Shown here piece by piece: positions 1 to 12,979 of a stretch of DNA of 64,000 nucleotides; the stretch's first letter is position 1, and the number at the start of each line of letters is the position of its first letter. A program made the position numbers and the translations under genes. The notes beneath the pieces are model-generated. The model saw nothing but the letters and a program-made list of their open reading frames with translations, made no database searches and was not told the origin of the DNA. The DNA comes from Octopus vulgaris (taxonomy: Eukaryota). The stretch is taken from assembly GCA_951406725.2 (NCBI GenBank), contig OX597836.1, positions 20,708,001 through 20,772,000 of the forward strand. Direction: 5' to 3'.

Positions 1-995
1 CCTCCACTGGTCAAAGTTAACCAAGTATTTGTACTTATATGTGCAAGTTGGTGGTGGGTGAGGTGAAGACTAGCAGTGGCTTAATGTGTAAATCTCCCTT
101 CATTATGTCACCAGTGTTGTCCAAGGAAAAGGCTAGCCTTAAAGACTAAAACACCTGTAATTGACTAACAGGTGGGTCAATGTTTATTGACTAAATCCCT
201 CCCACTAAAATTAGCGGCCTTGTACTAAAATTTGAAACTATTATCATAGTTGTGAAGAAATGTTAGAATGTTCTTAAGTTTAGTTTAGCCATCATGGTTA
301 AGACCATGATACAGCACCTGAATTAAATATTTTTTATGTTAGAGTGTGTGTCCCTTGCTGGGTATGCACCTGAATTCTAAATTTTACCTAAGGATTATGC
401 TGTCTTCTCATGCTTCCTTTTACTATTGTATTTACACTATGATTATCTATATTTATAAAATATATATGATATATATATATATGAATACATGTAGGTATGT
501 GTATAAATGTATCATTTATAATATAACATATACAAGCATATATTCATAGTATATATATTCTCCTGTCTAATGTATGTAATGTATATACATTATATATGAC
601 AAATGTACACTAATATCAATGGGTATGTGTATATACATTAATCTATGTGTGTATGTGTATAAATAAACACACTAACACACACACAGAGATTAATGTATAT
701 ACTGCTACCTAAATACATTATTTATATATACATATGATATATACAGCCCTATGTCTGCAACTTTGATGCCTTGCATATGACTAAAGAGAATCAATACACT
801 GTTTTTCCCAAAAGGTTCAGAGAGAGAGGGAAAGAAAAAAGAGATAGATAGAGAGACAAAGAAGAGAGAGAGACAAAGACAAAGAGGAGAGAGACAAAGA
901 CAAAGAGGAGAGAGAGAGAGAGAGGAAGAGTTCATACAGAAAGCCATAACAAGTAGAAATATATATCTATATATATATATTATATTCATACATAC

Positions 996-1070
<75 letters not shown>

Positions 1071-1154
1071 TACACACACGTATAAATGTATATATAAAAT
1101 GTGTAAAGCATAAAACAAAATTTCATGGTAAAATGAGAAGAGAAGCCAACTTAC

Positions 1155-1397
1155 ATCCTGATCTGCTGGGGGTATATTGGCCGACAACGGTAATGGTTTT
1201 GCTACACCGATGACAACAGTTCCTCTTGGAGCCCCTTTCAGTGCCTGGACAGCATCATCCAAAGTAGCATGTTCCAAATTGACATCATTAACAAAAACTA
1301 ACCTGTCACCTGGTAACAACCGCCCGTCCAGTTGTGCCACACCACCAGGGACAAGACTTTTGATCACAATTACTGTCTCAGCAGGGTTTACGGGGTC
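1155..1397 (-). CDS. Patj: Patj/MPDZ-like multi-PDZ protein, internal exon D (C-terminal part of the second PDZ in the window)
   Basis: 243 nt, phase 0-0, acceptor ccaaatccag| and donor |gtaagt. Translates DPVNPAETVIVIKSLVPGGVAQLDGRLLPGDRLVFVNDVNLEHATLDDAVQALKGAPRGTVVIGVAKPLPLS..., closely matching the MPDZ PDZ5 / Patj PDZ pattern. In frame with exon C. Confidence 0.95.
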
Positions 1398-1556
1398 CTG
1401 GATTTGGCAAGAAAAGAAAATAGATATATATATATGAAAATGGCACCGAATACACCTTGATTGTGTAAAGAGCTGTTTGCAAGCATTTGGTTTAAATCAC
1501 TAGAATTGTGTGTTTGAGCATGTGTTCATACACACACATCTATATTATAAAAAATA

Positions 1557-1958
1557 TGGCTGTGTGGTAAGTAGCATGCTTACCAACCACATGGTTCCGG
1601 GTTCAGTCCCACTGCATGGCACCTTGGGAAAGTGCCTTCTACTATAGCCTCGGGCTGACCAAAGCCCTGTGAGTGGATTTGGTAGACGGAAACTGAAAGA
1701 AATCCGTCGTATATATGTATATATATGTATGCATGTGTGTATATGTTTGTGTGTCTGTGTTTGTCCCCCAAACATCGCTTGACAACCGATGGTGGTGGGT
1801 TTACATCCCCGTAACTTAGCGGTTCGGCAAAAAGCAACCGATAGAATAAGTACTAGGCTTACAAAGAATAAGTCCTGGGATCGATTTGCTCGACCAAAGA
1901 CGGTGCTCCAACATGGCCACAGTCAAGTGACTGAAACAAGTAAAAGAGTAAAGAGTAT
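1557..1958 (+). mobile_element. tRNA-derived SINE family 1 (about 400 bp, central microsatellite, (GTAAAAGA)n tail), subtype A
   Basis: Head TGGCTGTGTGGTAAG...GGGTTCAGTCCC with Pol III A/B-box-like motifs, a CORE-like CCTTGGG(C/A)AAGTG segment, and more than 10 homologous copies in the window. Confidence 0.85.
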
Positions 1959-1984
1959 TAGTGATAGGGGCAATATTAATACTA

Positions 1985-2188
1985 AGAGATAATATTTATC
2001 CCCACTTAAAAGTGGATGTTCTGTTAGAACAATCTATACTGCAGAAGAAAGCGTGAGAGAAACTTGAGAGATACCATGAAGGCAGTTTGCCCCAAAAGCC
2101 TATATGAGAGTTTCTCTCATGGTATCAACCACAGTATAGTTTGTTCTAACAGACCATCTATGTTTAAGTGGACATAAATATTACCTCT
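1985..2188. mobile_element. Fold-back MITE (about 200 bp)
   Basis: About 80-bp imperfect terminal inverted repeats (AGAGATAATATTTATCCCCACTTAAA...CTGTTAGAACAA / TTGTTCTAACAG...TTTAAGTGGACATAAATATTACCTCT) in TA-rich flanks. Confidence 0.7.
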
Positions 2189-2471
2189 CTATATATTATA
2201 AAATTTTGTTTGGATCGGGGCTTGTAAGTTTTACTTCACAAGTTGACTAAGCTGTCAGATGAAATTTAGAAGTCCATGTGAAATGAATTTTCAAATATAT
2301 TTGACGCTACTTTCAGCATAAGTATCCTGGACCTCAGTTAATATTCTGTTATTCTTTAAAACTTACTCTAAAATGATTACCTGAAATTAACACACACACA
2401 CATGTTTGCTGTTGCTGCCACCACAATCATTTAATGTATGCTTTCCATACTGGTATGAGTTGGACAATTAA

Positions 2472-2691
2472 CCCATTCGTTACTGTAATTATTTTGAGAT
2501 GCTCTGTGTTTCTTTCAATTACTTTAAATATAACAAAGAATTTAGTAAAATAGCTTGGTTATCATTCAGCTAGTGTTAAGAACATAAATTGTGACTAAGG
2601 TTTGGTGGAAGATTTTAATTCAAAACTTATGAGAACAAGATATTTGTACTCAGAGCCAGAACCGGTTTCAGCCGGGTTGGTAATGAAAGGG
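2472..2691 (+). mobile_element. piggyBac-type MITE family P1 (220 bp)
   Basis: TTAA on both sides, TIR CCCATTCGTTAC / GTAATGAAAGGG, and a near-identical copy at 59478-59697. Confidence 0.85.
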
Positions 2692-3508
2692 TTAAACAGG
2701 ATTTGGTTAAGCTGCAAGGCTGAAATTGTACTCCATGTCAGCTCCATGTATATTTTGGCACAAGACCAGCAATTTCGGGGGAAAAGGATAAGTTGATTAC
2801 ATAAACCCTAGTGTTCAACTGGTACTTATTTTATTAACAACTGAAAAGATGAAAGGCAAAGTCGAACCTGGTGGCATTTCAACTCAGAACATAAAAGTTG
2901 GAAGAAATTCCACTAAGCATTTTTCCAACACAGTAATGATTCAGCCTGGCCATTTGACATTTCTTAATTTATTTTCAACTATGTAGGGTTGATTTAAGCA
3001 TACAAAGAATTTAAAGAGGCTCTTCTGTTGATTAAGCTACATTGAGACACATTTTGGCTGTTTATTTTTTTGCTTTCTTTCATAATCATAGGGCTGTTTT
3101 AAATGTTTAATCCTTTTACATTTAATCTGACCCCTACCTGGCCAAAATATTCTACCTCTTTTATGTTAAAACTGACCAGATCCAACCTCTTACACCTACT
3201 CTACAATGTCATTCTAATAACATACAAACACACCATTAAAATCTTGAAGTTATAGGATAACATGTAATTAATTCAAAACAATGTGAATAAATAAGCAATA
3301 CATTTGACAAAGAAATTTGAATGCGAAGGTCTTCGTGTGTATTTGAATGGCTGGTATGTGCCTTCCATGCTGTTTTAATTTCAATACATGGTCTCACATA
3401 AAATCGCTTGATTAGCAAGTAAACCTCCCAAACATTGAAAAAAAGAGAAGAAAAAAAAAAGAATCACGTAAATAAGCAAAATATTACAATGTCCAGATCA
3501 ATAGTTAC

Positions 3509-3892
3509 CTGATAATCAAGAATGCTAAATCCAAGGCCTTTGTCAAGCTTCTTCAATTCTATAACAACAGGTTCACTACTCCACATAGCAAGCCCCGTTA
3601 AGGGCTCAAGGGATCGTGACCGATTTAGGAGGTTCTTCTCAGCAGTCCATTCTTGTGATGTTAATGTAACTTCTGATTTAGCTTTTACGAGCCGGTCTGT
3701 ACATGGTGAGTTGGGAATCACTCCAGAATTGAGTAGTGAAGGGCTTTGAAAGACATCTTGTTCTTTGCTGGCAAAGTTTTCTAATTTACTTTTCTTTGGA
3801 CGAGCGCAGACCAACCGAACATGTTGCGGCAGCTCTTTTAATATACTCACAACCTCTTTATGATTCAATCCCAGGAGGCGTTTACCATTAAC
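3509..3892 (-). CDS. Patj: Patj/MPDZ-like multi-PDZ protein, internal exon C (end of first PDZ, linker, start of next PDZ)
   Basis: 384 nt, phase 0-0, tccttcag| ... |gtaact. Translates VNGKRLLGLNHKEVVSILKELPQHVRLVCAR...LVKAKSE...RSRSLEPLTGLAMWSSEPVVIELKKLDKGLGFSILDYQ, including the GLGF carboxylate loop. Confidence 0.95.
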
Positions 3893-4221
3893 CTGAAGGA
3901 GTAGGAAAAGGTAGAATTATAATCATTGATGAATTAATAGAAATAATAATACAACTGAAACATGCTCAATAACTATAGATACACACACACACACACAAGT
4001 ATAATATATATCATTGTGTGATGTAAATGTTTTTAATTTTTGTTTTTTAAAAGCAAAGCAATGTAAATTATAACAAAAAATACAAGTTGATGGTTTTGTA
4101 TTTTTAAACTGTATTTCAACATCCCAGGGTTAGGACTCCTCCTTTGAGAAATCTTTGAAGATTTGGAGTTGTGTACTGGTTTTTCTGTTCTGCAGAGTGT
4201 GGGTGAGTAAATTAAAAACGT

Positions 4222-4296
<75 letters not shown>

Positions 4297-4321
4297 TACA
4301 TACATACATACATACATACAT

Positions 4322-4382
<61 letters not shown>

Positions 4383-4448
4383 CTGGAGTAAGCACATAAA
4401 TGTGAAACATGGTGGAAAAAAGAGTACTCAAATACCAGATGTAGAGTA

Positions 4449-4574
4449 ATATGCTTTATTAATAGCAGCAGAAACATCCCAAAAACTGTTACTCAGAGTT
4501 TCATGTTGCCATTTGGCAGGAACATGAAACTCTGAGTAACAGTTTTTATGATGTTTCTGCTGTTTTTAATAAAG

Positions 4575-4579
<5 letters not shown>
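4449..4579. repeat. 59-bp-arm inverted repeat (long hairpin)
   Basis: Arms 4449-4507 and 4521-4579 with about 5 mismatches. The 27 bp next to the 13-nt loop are perfectly paired. Confidence 0.9.
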
Positions 4580-4606
<27 letters not shown>

Positions 4607-5031
4607 CTATGCAGTATCTTAGGTAAATGTCTTCCATTACAACCTGGGTTTGGCAATTACTTTGTGAATGAATTTGGTTGGTTGATGGAAACTGTGGGAA
4701 ACCTATCTCATATATATCTAGATAGCTACATATATACATACACATTCACAAAAGTACATGTATGTGTGTGTGTGAATGTGTGACAGTCACTGTTGGAATG
4801 AAACAGTGATGATATTTATGTCTCTTATTGACACTAGAGCCAGTTACTCTGCACTTTCAAACACCTGAGGGAAAAAAAAAACTTGAAGAACAGTTTAGTG
4901 TTGGTAATAGAAAAAGCATCATGTTGCAAATGCTGGCTCTCTCACAGGCTGTCAAGGAAAAAAGTTAAAGACTTGTTTAACGTCTTCTATATATGTGTAT
5001 ATGTATCTGCATGTGTGTGTATATATATATA

Positions 5032-5427
5032 TTCTCTTGTTTCAGTCATTTGAAGCACTGCCTTTAGTCAAGCAAATCGACCCCAGGACTTACTCTTTGT
5101 AAGCCTAGTACTTATTCTATCAGTCTCTTTTGCCGAACCGCTAAGTTATGGGGATGTAAACACACCAGCATTGGTTGACAAACACAGAAACACAAACATA
5201 TACACACACATACAAACATATACACATACATACATACATATATATATATATATACACACATAAACAACGGGCTTCTTTCAGTTTCCGTCAACCAAATCCA
5301 CTCACAAGGCTTTGGTCGGCCTGAGGCTATAGTAGAAGACACTTGCCCAAGGTGCCATGCAGTGGGAGTGAACCTGGAACCATGTGGTTGGTAAGCAAGC
5401 TACTTACCATACAGCCACTCCTGCACC

Positions 5428-5428
<1 letters not shown>
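5032..5428 (-). mobile_element. SINE family 1, subtype A
   Basis: Reverse-complement homolog of 1557-1958. Confidence 0.85.
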
Positions 5429-5468
<40 letters not shown>

Positions 5469-5608
5469 ATATATATATATATATGCATGTATATATAGCA
5501 TGGAAAACAAACAGTAAAGGATGACTGTCATTATTGTCAACGTTTAATGTCTGTCAAGAGCTGGCCAGGCCAAAGCCTGCACCAAACTTCTGTGACTGAT
5601 GATTATAC

Positions 5609-5643
<35 letters not shown>

Positions 5644-6631
5644 GTTAAGAATGCCATCAACTATGCTTGCTAAAATTAGATTCCCATTTGGAAATGTTAG
5701 CATTACAATTTGGGGTAAGGAAGAAAAAAAATAAAAGACCTGATAAAAGTACAGCTGTTGAAAATAATCTCTAACATTCAAGCTTATAACAAGGCAAAAC
5801 AAATAAATAAGTAAAGAGAGAAACTGAGACGGAAGGCATAAAGATAGTAAACCTTATCTACTTTATGGTCTCAACTAACTAATTCATATGCTAGACTGAG
5901 CAACAAATAAAGAAGAAAAATATTTGGAAGATAGAAAAGAAAATTGGTTTCTAGGCATGCCAAAAAATGTAATCTGTCTATAGAAAGGGGACATAGTTAA
6001 CCCTAAGCACAGATGTAGGTGTATGGTAAGAAGTTTGCTTCTGAAATACATGGTGCTGGGTTCAGTCCTACTGTATGGCACACATTGGGCTAATGCCTTC
6101 TACTATAGTCCTGGGTTGACCATCACACACACACACACACACAGAGGAGTGTGTCTTTTTTCACACTGCTGCTTAACAACCAGTGTTAGTTTGTTTACAT
6201 CCCTGTAACTTAGTGGCTCAGGAGAAGAGACTGATAGAATAAGTATCAGGCTGGGATTAATTTGTTTGACTTAACCCTTCTAGGTAGTGCTCCAACATGG
6301 CCTCAGTTCAATGACTGAAACAAATAAAAGAAAACATAAATGATAAACTGAACCCCTCCCCCCTGAAAAAAAAACAAAAAAACAAGGACATCATCTATTG
6401 ACCCATTTCAGTTAATTTAAGAGTAAATGAATATGTGTGAGGTAAAAATATTAATTTTCTTAAATTTTTTACTGGTTTCAGTCACTGGATTGCAGCTAGG
6501 CTGGGGCAGCACCTTCAAGAACTTTAGTTAATCATTTCGACCCCAGTACCTATTAGAGTTTGGTAATTCTAGTTTCCATCTACCAATTTCATTCACAAGG
6601 CATTGATCAGCTTGAGGTTAGAGTAACAAAT

Positions 6632-6810
6632 TACGAGGTGCATTTCAGAAGTTTTGACACTTTTTCAGAGTGACATTCACTTCAAAGAAGTACAAAACTC
6701 TGATCTCCTTCAGCATAGGAATCTTTGACTTCAATGCACTTGTTGCAGTGCTCCAGCCACTTCATGAATTCCCCCATGGAAGTGCCCCAAAGTGATGATG
6801 TCCAGAACGA
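6632..6810 (-). mobile_element. mariner-type transposase C-terminal fossil with terminal TIR
   Basis: Minus strand reads FMKWLEHCNKCIEVKDSYAEGD, resembling the mariner C-terminus 'W..R..KCI...GDY.EGD'. Ends in a TACGAGG terminus. Confidence 0.65.
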
Positions 6811-7107
6811 GGCTATAGTAGAAGACATTTGCCCCAGGTGCCACGCAGTGAGACTGAACCTGGAACCATGTGGTTGGTAAGCAAGCTACTTACCACACAG
6901 CCACTCCTGCACTCATAATGATTCTGAAGGAATTGGTTGAAGTAGCTTGTGTACATCATATACATAATGTTTAGGCAAGCAATGAGCCTACAGTTTTCTG
7001 CCAACTTAGTTTCATTCTTGGCTACAAGATTTGCCTGTGTTATAGCAAACCAATTTGGGATGTCAATCTGGCCTTCCATAGTTCTTTTGATAATACATAC
7101 AAATGGC

Positions 7108-7393
7108 TTTCTGTAAGAAGTCAGCCTCTTGTACACATGTGTCTGTGAGTGTGTTTGCCTGTGTCTTCCTGTCTTAATTTTGCATGATAGTTGTAAATGA
7201 TTGTCACTGTCATACAGTGTCATTCATTTCCAATATTCCACAACAACATTTCTGGCCTTGGGGAAATATTACTTTGATTGGAAACAGGTGAAAGTTGGGG
7301 ACAACAAGGGTATTTGACTGTACAAAATCAGTCTCAATAAACTTTGTCTGACCAATGCAAATCATGGAAAAGTGGATGTTGTGATGATGATGA
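7108..7393 (+). mobile_element. Chimeric SINE (family-1 body plus family-3-like (GAT)n tail), decayed
   Basis: Homologous to 34375-34735 and ends CATGGAAAAGTGGATGTT(GAT)n. Confidence 0.6.
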
Positions 7394-7510
7394 AATAAAG
7401 TGACACAGTGTAGTATTATTTTCAATGACTATATACAATTAACAAGTGATTCATTAATTACTATATAAAGTCCAGAAGCCCTTTTGTGCAAGAAGGATGG
7501 TGGCTGTAAG

Positions 7511-7544
<34 letters not shown>

Positions 7545-7850
7545 GTTTAACGTCCATTCTCCATGCTAGCATGGGTTGGACGGTTCGACCGGGGATCTGG
7601 GAAGCCAGAAGGCTGCACCAGGCTCCAGTCTAATCTGGCAATGTTTCTACAGCTGGATGCCCTTCCTAACGCCAACCACTCCGTGAGTGTAGTGGGTGCT
7701 TTTTACGTGCCACCTGCACAGGTGCCAGGCGAGGCTGGCAACGGCCACGGTCGGATTGGTGTATTTTATGTGCCACCGGCACGGAAGCCAGTCGAGGCGG
7801 TGCTGGCATCGGCCACGAGTCGGAAAGTGCTTTTTACGTACCACCAGACC
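7511..7850 (-). mobile_element. Family 3 (GAT)n-tailed retroposon 3' end
   Basis: (CAT)n-CGTTTAACGTCC...CCATGCTAGCATGGGTTGGACG...GGATGCCCTTCCTAACGCCAACCACTCC, with many copies in the window. Confidence 0.8.
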
Positions 7851-8926
7851 AGGGATCCTGGCTGAAGAAATACTATAAGCTTCATGTGGAAGTGAAGATT
7901 ACTTAGTAGCATGTCTTAGGTGCCTGTTGTCTTTTTCTAGTTGTCTTAGGTGCCTGTAGAGTCATCAGAAAATACGGACAGCTTGGCTTACTCATGGATG
8001 TGACAGCTGGAGGGAGATAAGGCTGCACGAGCAGTGCAACTGGCAGGTAATCATGTTCAGTCAGGTAGATAGAGGCAAGATAAACAGAGCTGTCTTGTTT
8101 AAAGACACAATGCACTATCTAGTCAAAGACTCAAATCCAATCCCCTATCCACTAAGACAACATGCTTTCCACACTACTATAACTTCTTTAAATAACAGGC
8201 AAATGGAATAAATGCTCTTGACCATAAATATCTTCCCTGAAGTTTCTAAATTTTAACTATTATCAACAGTTATTTTTTTAACACCCAAGTCAACCCCTCC
8301 AAGCCAAACCCATGATCAAAAGCATTCTAGCTACGACCACCCTATCCTTAATTTATTTATTTTTATCTTTCAGGAAGAGAACTAAAATGTGTTCTTCCTT
8401 TTTATAAAATAGTAAGGTGTAATTTGCGAGTGATTTTGCAGCTATTTTTAGCAGGTCAAGTGACAGTAGAGATGCTCAAAAGTCTTGTGAGAAATACTTG
8501 CTTGTTAAGATTCTTCACCATCCTAGTGGCTCTATTTTGGGAATTAATTAAATTTTACAAGTTGTCTGCACCTTTTAAAGATACAGTCAAATCCTGACAG
8601 CCCAATTTGCCAAAATATCATTTCAATATTCAATATTCTGGTTACATTTATGAAGCACCAAGATAAATTTGGATTCTTTCAAGGAATTCTACTTTCATAA
8701 GTTAGATCACTTTACAGTAGAGTGATGCCATCATAGACACAGCATTAAGAACCACTGCTATTGCGAAGATTGCCACAGTAATCAAATAATTATTTTTTAT
8801 TTAAAATTTTGGTAGGAATTCTTTAATTCTTTATTTAATTTTGGCATTTCTCATTGGTTTAGATTTTTTTTAAAATTATTTTGAAGGGTATGAATTGTGT
8901 AATGTGTGTGCATGCATACATTTATG

Positions 8927-8969
<43 letters not shown>

Positions 8970-9228
8970 TCATCATCATCATCATCATCATCGTTTAGCG
9001 TCCGTTTTCCATGCTAGCATATATATATATATAATACAAAATGGGACAAGAACGCAAAACATCTGCAATACATAGATTCACAGAATCATGTAGCTCTCAT
9101 GAAAAGCTCTTCTAGTGGGCCCAGCTAGCAGACCACAGTAATTCAATATGGTTAAGTATAATGTAGAGTTCTATGCAGTTGAAACCCAGGAGACTCACCC
9201 AATGAAATCATTTCATGAGTAATATACA

Positions 9229-10051
9229 AACCCTAAAAAGTCAGGAGGTTTGAGAGGTAAATATATTTATTTAACCACTTGTTATCCTTGGGGTTATGGT
9301 CATTTCACAGCCTCTATCATGTAATAATAATTTCAGAGTGTAATAAATTATTTGACATGTCTGCACTAATATGCATTCTACACATTGTACAATGCAATTG
9401 TATATTTACAAATTAATGAAGATAAAAGAAGCCAACTCAAGCATTGGGGTTATCATCATGTTTTAGTGATCTGATGACCTAGCTTTATCAGCATTGATTT
9501 GTAAATAAATAATTGTATCATATGCATAGCATGCATATTAGTGCAGACATGTAAAATAATTTATTATACGCTGAAATTATTACATGAAAGGAAGCTGTGA
9601 AATGACAGTAGTCTTAAGGATAACAAGTGGTTAAATAAATATCAGGAAGTGGTTAAATATTTAACAAGTGGTTAAATATAAGTAAGAAAACAGCACAGCT
9701 CCCATGACTTTCGGAAACATTTTTTCACGCTGAGAGTTGCTGAAGTATGGAACAAACTGCCGACATCAGTTGTTAGTTGTCAGAGCACTGCATCCTTCAA
9801 AACTTCCATGCTTCCTGAGATTCGCCAACACTACACCTGATTTTCTCCCCTCCATACACACGCAAGCATGTATCTGACTCATACACTGTTCGCTTTCCAG
9901 ACATTTGTACATTACTTCATATGCTTTATACGTACTTTTGACAAGTTGTGGTGCACCTGAGCACTGTATACAATAATTTCATTATTATTATTATTATTAT
10001 CATTATTATTATTATATATTCACCTCTCAAACCTCTTGACATTTTATGGCT
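9229..10051. mobile_element. Fold-back element (about 200-bp arms) interrupted by a CR1 3' end
   Basis: Left arm 9229-9426 is the reverse complement of 9483-9642 plus 10015-10051. Confidence 0.75.
9680..10014 (+). mobile_element. CR1-clade LINE, 5'-truncated 3' end with (ATT)n tail
   Basis: Reads VRKQHSSHDFRKHFFTLRVAEVWNKLPTSVVSCQSTASFK, the CR1 ORF2 C-terminal 'FF..RV...WN.LP..VV...S...FK' motif. A second copy is at 46894-47254. Confidence 0.85.
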
Positions 10052-10069
10052 AATATACATACATACATG

Positions 10070-10370
10070 TGAGGATGCATGGCCTAGTGGTTAGGGTGTT
10101 GCACTCATGATTGTGAGCTTGTGTAGTTTCAATTCCTAGACCAGGGGGTGAGTTGTGTTATTGAGCAAAACACTTCATCTCACGTTACTCTGTGATAACT
10201 TCAACACCTGATGTGTGGTACACCATGCTCCTGTTCAGGGTATGTTGATTTGATGGAGGATGTGAGCTAAAGTACAGTACACACATTTCATCACTATAAA
10301 CAAATCACTTGTGCAGGATGTTCAGCAAAAGCTGAACACCCATACGTCATCTTTGATGGGAGAGTCCATC
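10070..10370 (+). mobile_element. Old tRNA-derived SINE family 4
   Basis: Head TGGCCTAGTGGTTAGGGTG...GTTTCAATTCC. A diverged homolog is at 52020-52318, with related heads at 10676 and 27055. Confidence 0.65.
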
Positions 10371-11502
10371 ATATATAAATAAATGAAAGTGTTTATGGAA
10401 CAGATGCACACGGGTACATATACACCCCAGCCACTGCACGCTACTGTGTAAATTCACTCTGTACTCAGAACAATTCAGAGCTGGAGCATTTTGTTTCTTT
10501 GTTTCCGTCTACCAAATCCACTCACAAGGCTTTGGTTGGCCTGAGGCTATAGTAGAAGACACTCGCCCAAGGTGCCACACAGTGGGACTGAACCTGGAAT
10601 CATGTGGTTGGTAAGCAAGCTACTTACCACACAGCCACTCCTATAAAATTTTTGTTTATTTATCTCAGGTCTCTGTGAAGGCACATGATCTAGCGGTTAG
10701 GTGTTGCACTTATGAGATTGTAGATTTGATTTCCAGACCAGTAGCAATCTTGAGCAAAACACTTTATTTACACGCTCCAGTTCACTCACCATTCAATCTG
10801 CTGAAAATAACAGCTAAATCTCCATATTACACACTATTATCTAAACAAAGACAGGAAGCATTGTATAATGTGGCCCAAGGTACACTACAAGCACCCTTCC
10901 ATATTGCCATCATTTTATGCTTTTTTTCCAGTCTGGCATGGGTTGGATGAGTTATGACAGTCCATTTTATTCAAAGTTACTGCCATCCTAGACAGGTCAG
11001 AGAACCATGTTTTGCTCATATGTTTAAATTTTGGTTTGCTTTCTATGACTGGATGCCCATATTATCACCAATCATTCTACAAAATGTACTGGCTGTGTTT
11101 TATCAATGGCACTAGCATTAAAGAGGTTAAGTCTTTGCCAAGATCAAAGGGTTTTCTTAACCCTTCATTTTCTCTTCTTATTCCCTAACCATTATATAGG
11201 GTGGACTGGGTGTATTCTGTTTGAGAGGTTGTCATGTGAAGATTTGAATGCTTTTGGTCATATATTTCCTCAATCAGGGCTGCCCTGGGACTAAACAATA
11301 ACAAAAAATACTTACATGCACATGTGTGTGCATACACACATGTTTGGAAGTGTGTTACACACATGTCAGTGTTTCAGTTTAAACTGTTCAACTATTGATT
11401 ACACAAATGTTAAAACTAAATGTCAACTCTTCCGATCTCTCTGGTTTTGTAGGCTTTATGAAGGTCATAGCTACTGCCCTTACCCTTACTAGTAAACCTT
11501 AA

Positions 11503-11720
11503 CCTTGTAACATTTATACCAGTCATATCCAGCCCAAATATTCTACCTGTTTTATGTTCAAACTGGCCAGATCTGGTCTCTCACACTAACCTTACAATGT
11601 CATTGTAAAAACAACAATCACATCATCAAAATATCAACACTACAAGATAATGCAAGATAGATTCAAAGCAACATAAATAAATAAGCATTACATTTGACAG
11701 AGTAATCTGGATGCTAAAGG
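11503..11720 (+). mobile_element. piggyBac-type MITE family P2
   Basis: TTAA flanks, decayed CCCTTTAGCATT TIRs, homologous to 54460-54679. Confidence 0.75.
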
Positions 11721-12726
11721 TTAAATAAACTCTATTTTTAGACTGAGCTGCCAGTGATATTATCAGTGTGCAAGGGTAGATATGCTTGACTGGTTCTCCA
11801 AGTAAACTTATTGCCTTGGAATATTAAATAAAAGGTAAATTTATGCCATTCATTAATTTTAATATCCTTTGAGTTATCATAAGGATTTTTAGCAACTTCA
11901 GCAAGGGACATTTGAAATTTAAATTCAGGTGAAATTTAATTCAAAACGTTGTTCACCCACTCACTCCTCTATGCACGTGCTTGATTTGCAAGAAATAGCA
12001 ACAAAATATCCTTCAAATCAATACTTTATAAAAATACAAAAAAGGGTCAAATTAGATAATGTAGTGCCTGTGCCTGTTGATTCCTAGTTTTTTACAATAG
12101 GTACACCATATCCCTGCATGTCACAATAGTTAACTAAAGGGATTCATGTCAAGAACGGTATTCAACTGTAAAGTACTCCTCAAAAACTTCTGGCTAATCC
12201 ATGCCAGTGTAGTATAGAGGGCATAAAAAGAAGGATGAGTCCCAAACACAGATCTTAAAAGTGAAGATAAAAAGCTCACAGCTGAGATATCTTTAGCTAG
12301 TGAGATAAAAGCAACTGATTATCACTACAAGGATAAAAGGTAGGTTAGCATGTTGTGGAATTTGAATTCAGAATAGAGCAAAACTAATAATAATAATAAT
12401 ATATTGCTTTCCATGTATAACATTTAGACCAGTGTTCTCTCTATCAGTTTCTAATTCTATAAATTTGAAGCCTAAGCCAAGAAAACCAAATAATTGATGA
12501 TTTAATTCATCTTCTTAGAAGATGCAATTAATCTATAAACCAATGGTTGGATGAGAGCTATGACGAAAACAAAAGAAAATCAAAAGCAGATATAAGAATA
12601 AGGGCATGTCTACTGGGAGGGAAAGGAGATTAAATCTCCTTATGGCTTATCTTAAACAGATTCCAGCAGAATATTGAGAAAGATAATTCATCAATGTAGA
12701 TATGTACCACACACACAAATGTACAT

Positions 12727-12763
<37 letters not shown>

Positions 12764-12810
12764 CAAACACACAGACACACACACACACACACACAGACAC
12801 ACACACACAC

Positions 12811-12859
<49 letters not shown>

Positions 12860-12946
12860 TACATACATAAATACACACGCATCAAGGTGGTGTTCCAGCA
12901 TGGTTGCAGTCAAATGACAAGTAAAAAAATAAAAGTATATATATAT

Positions 12947-12979
<33 letters not shown>

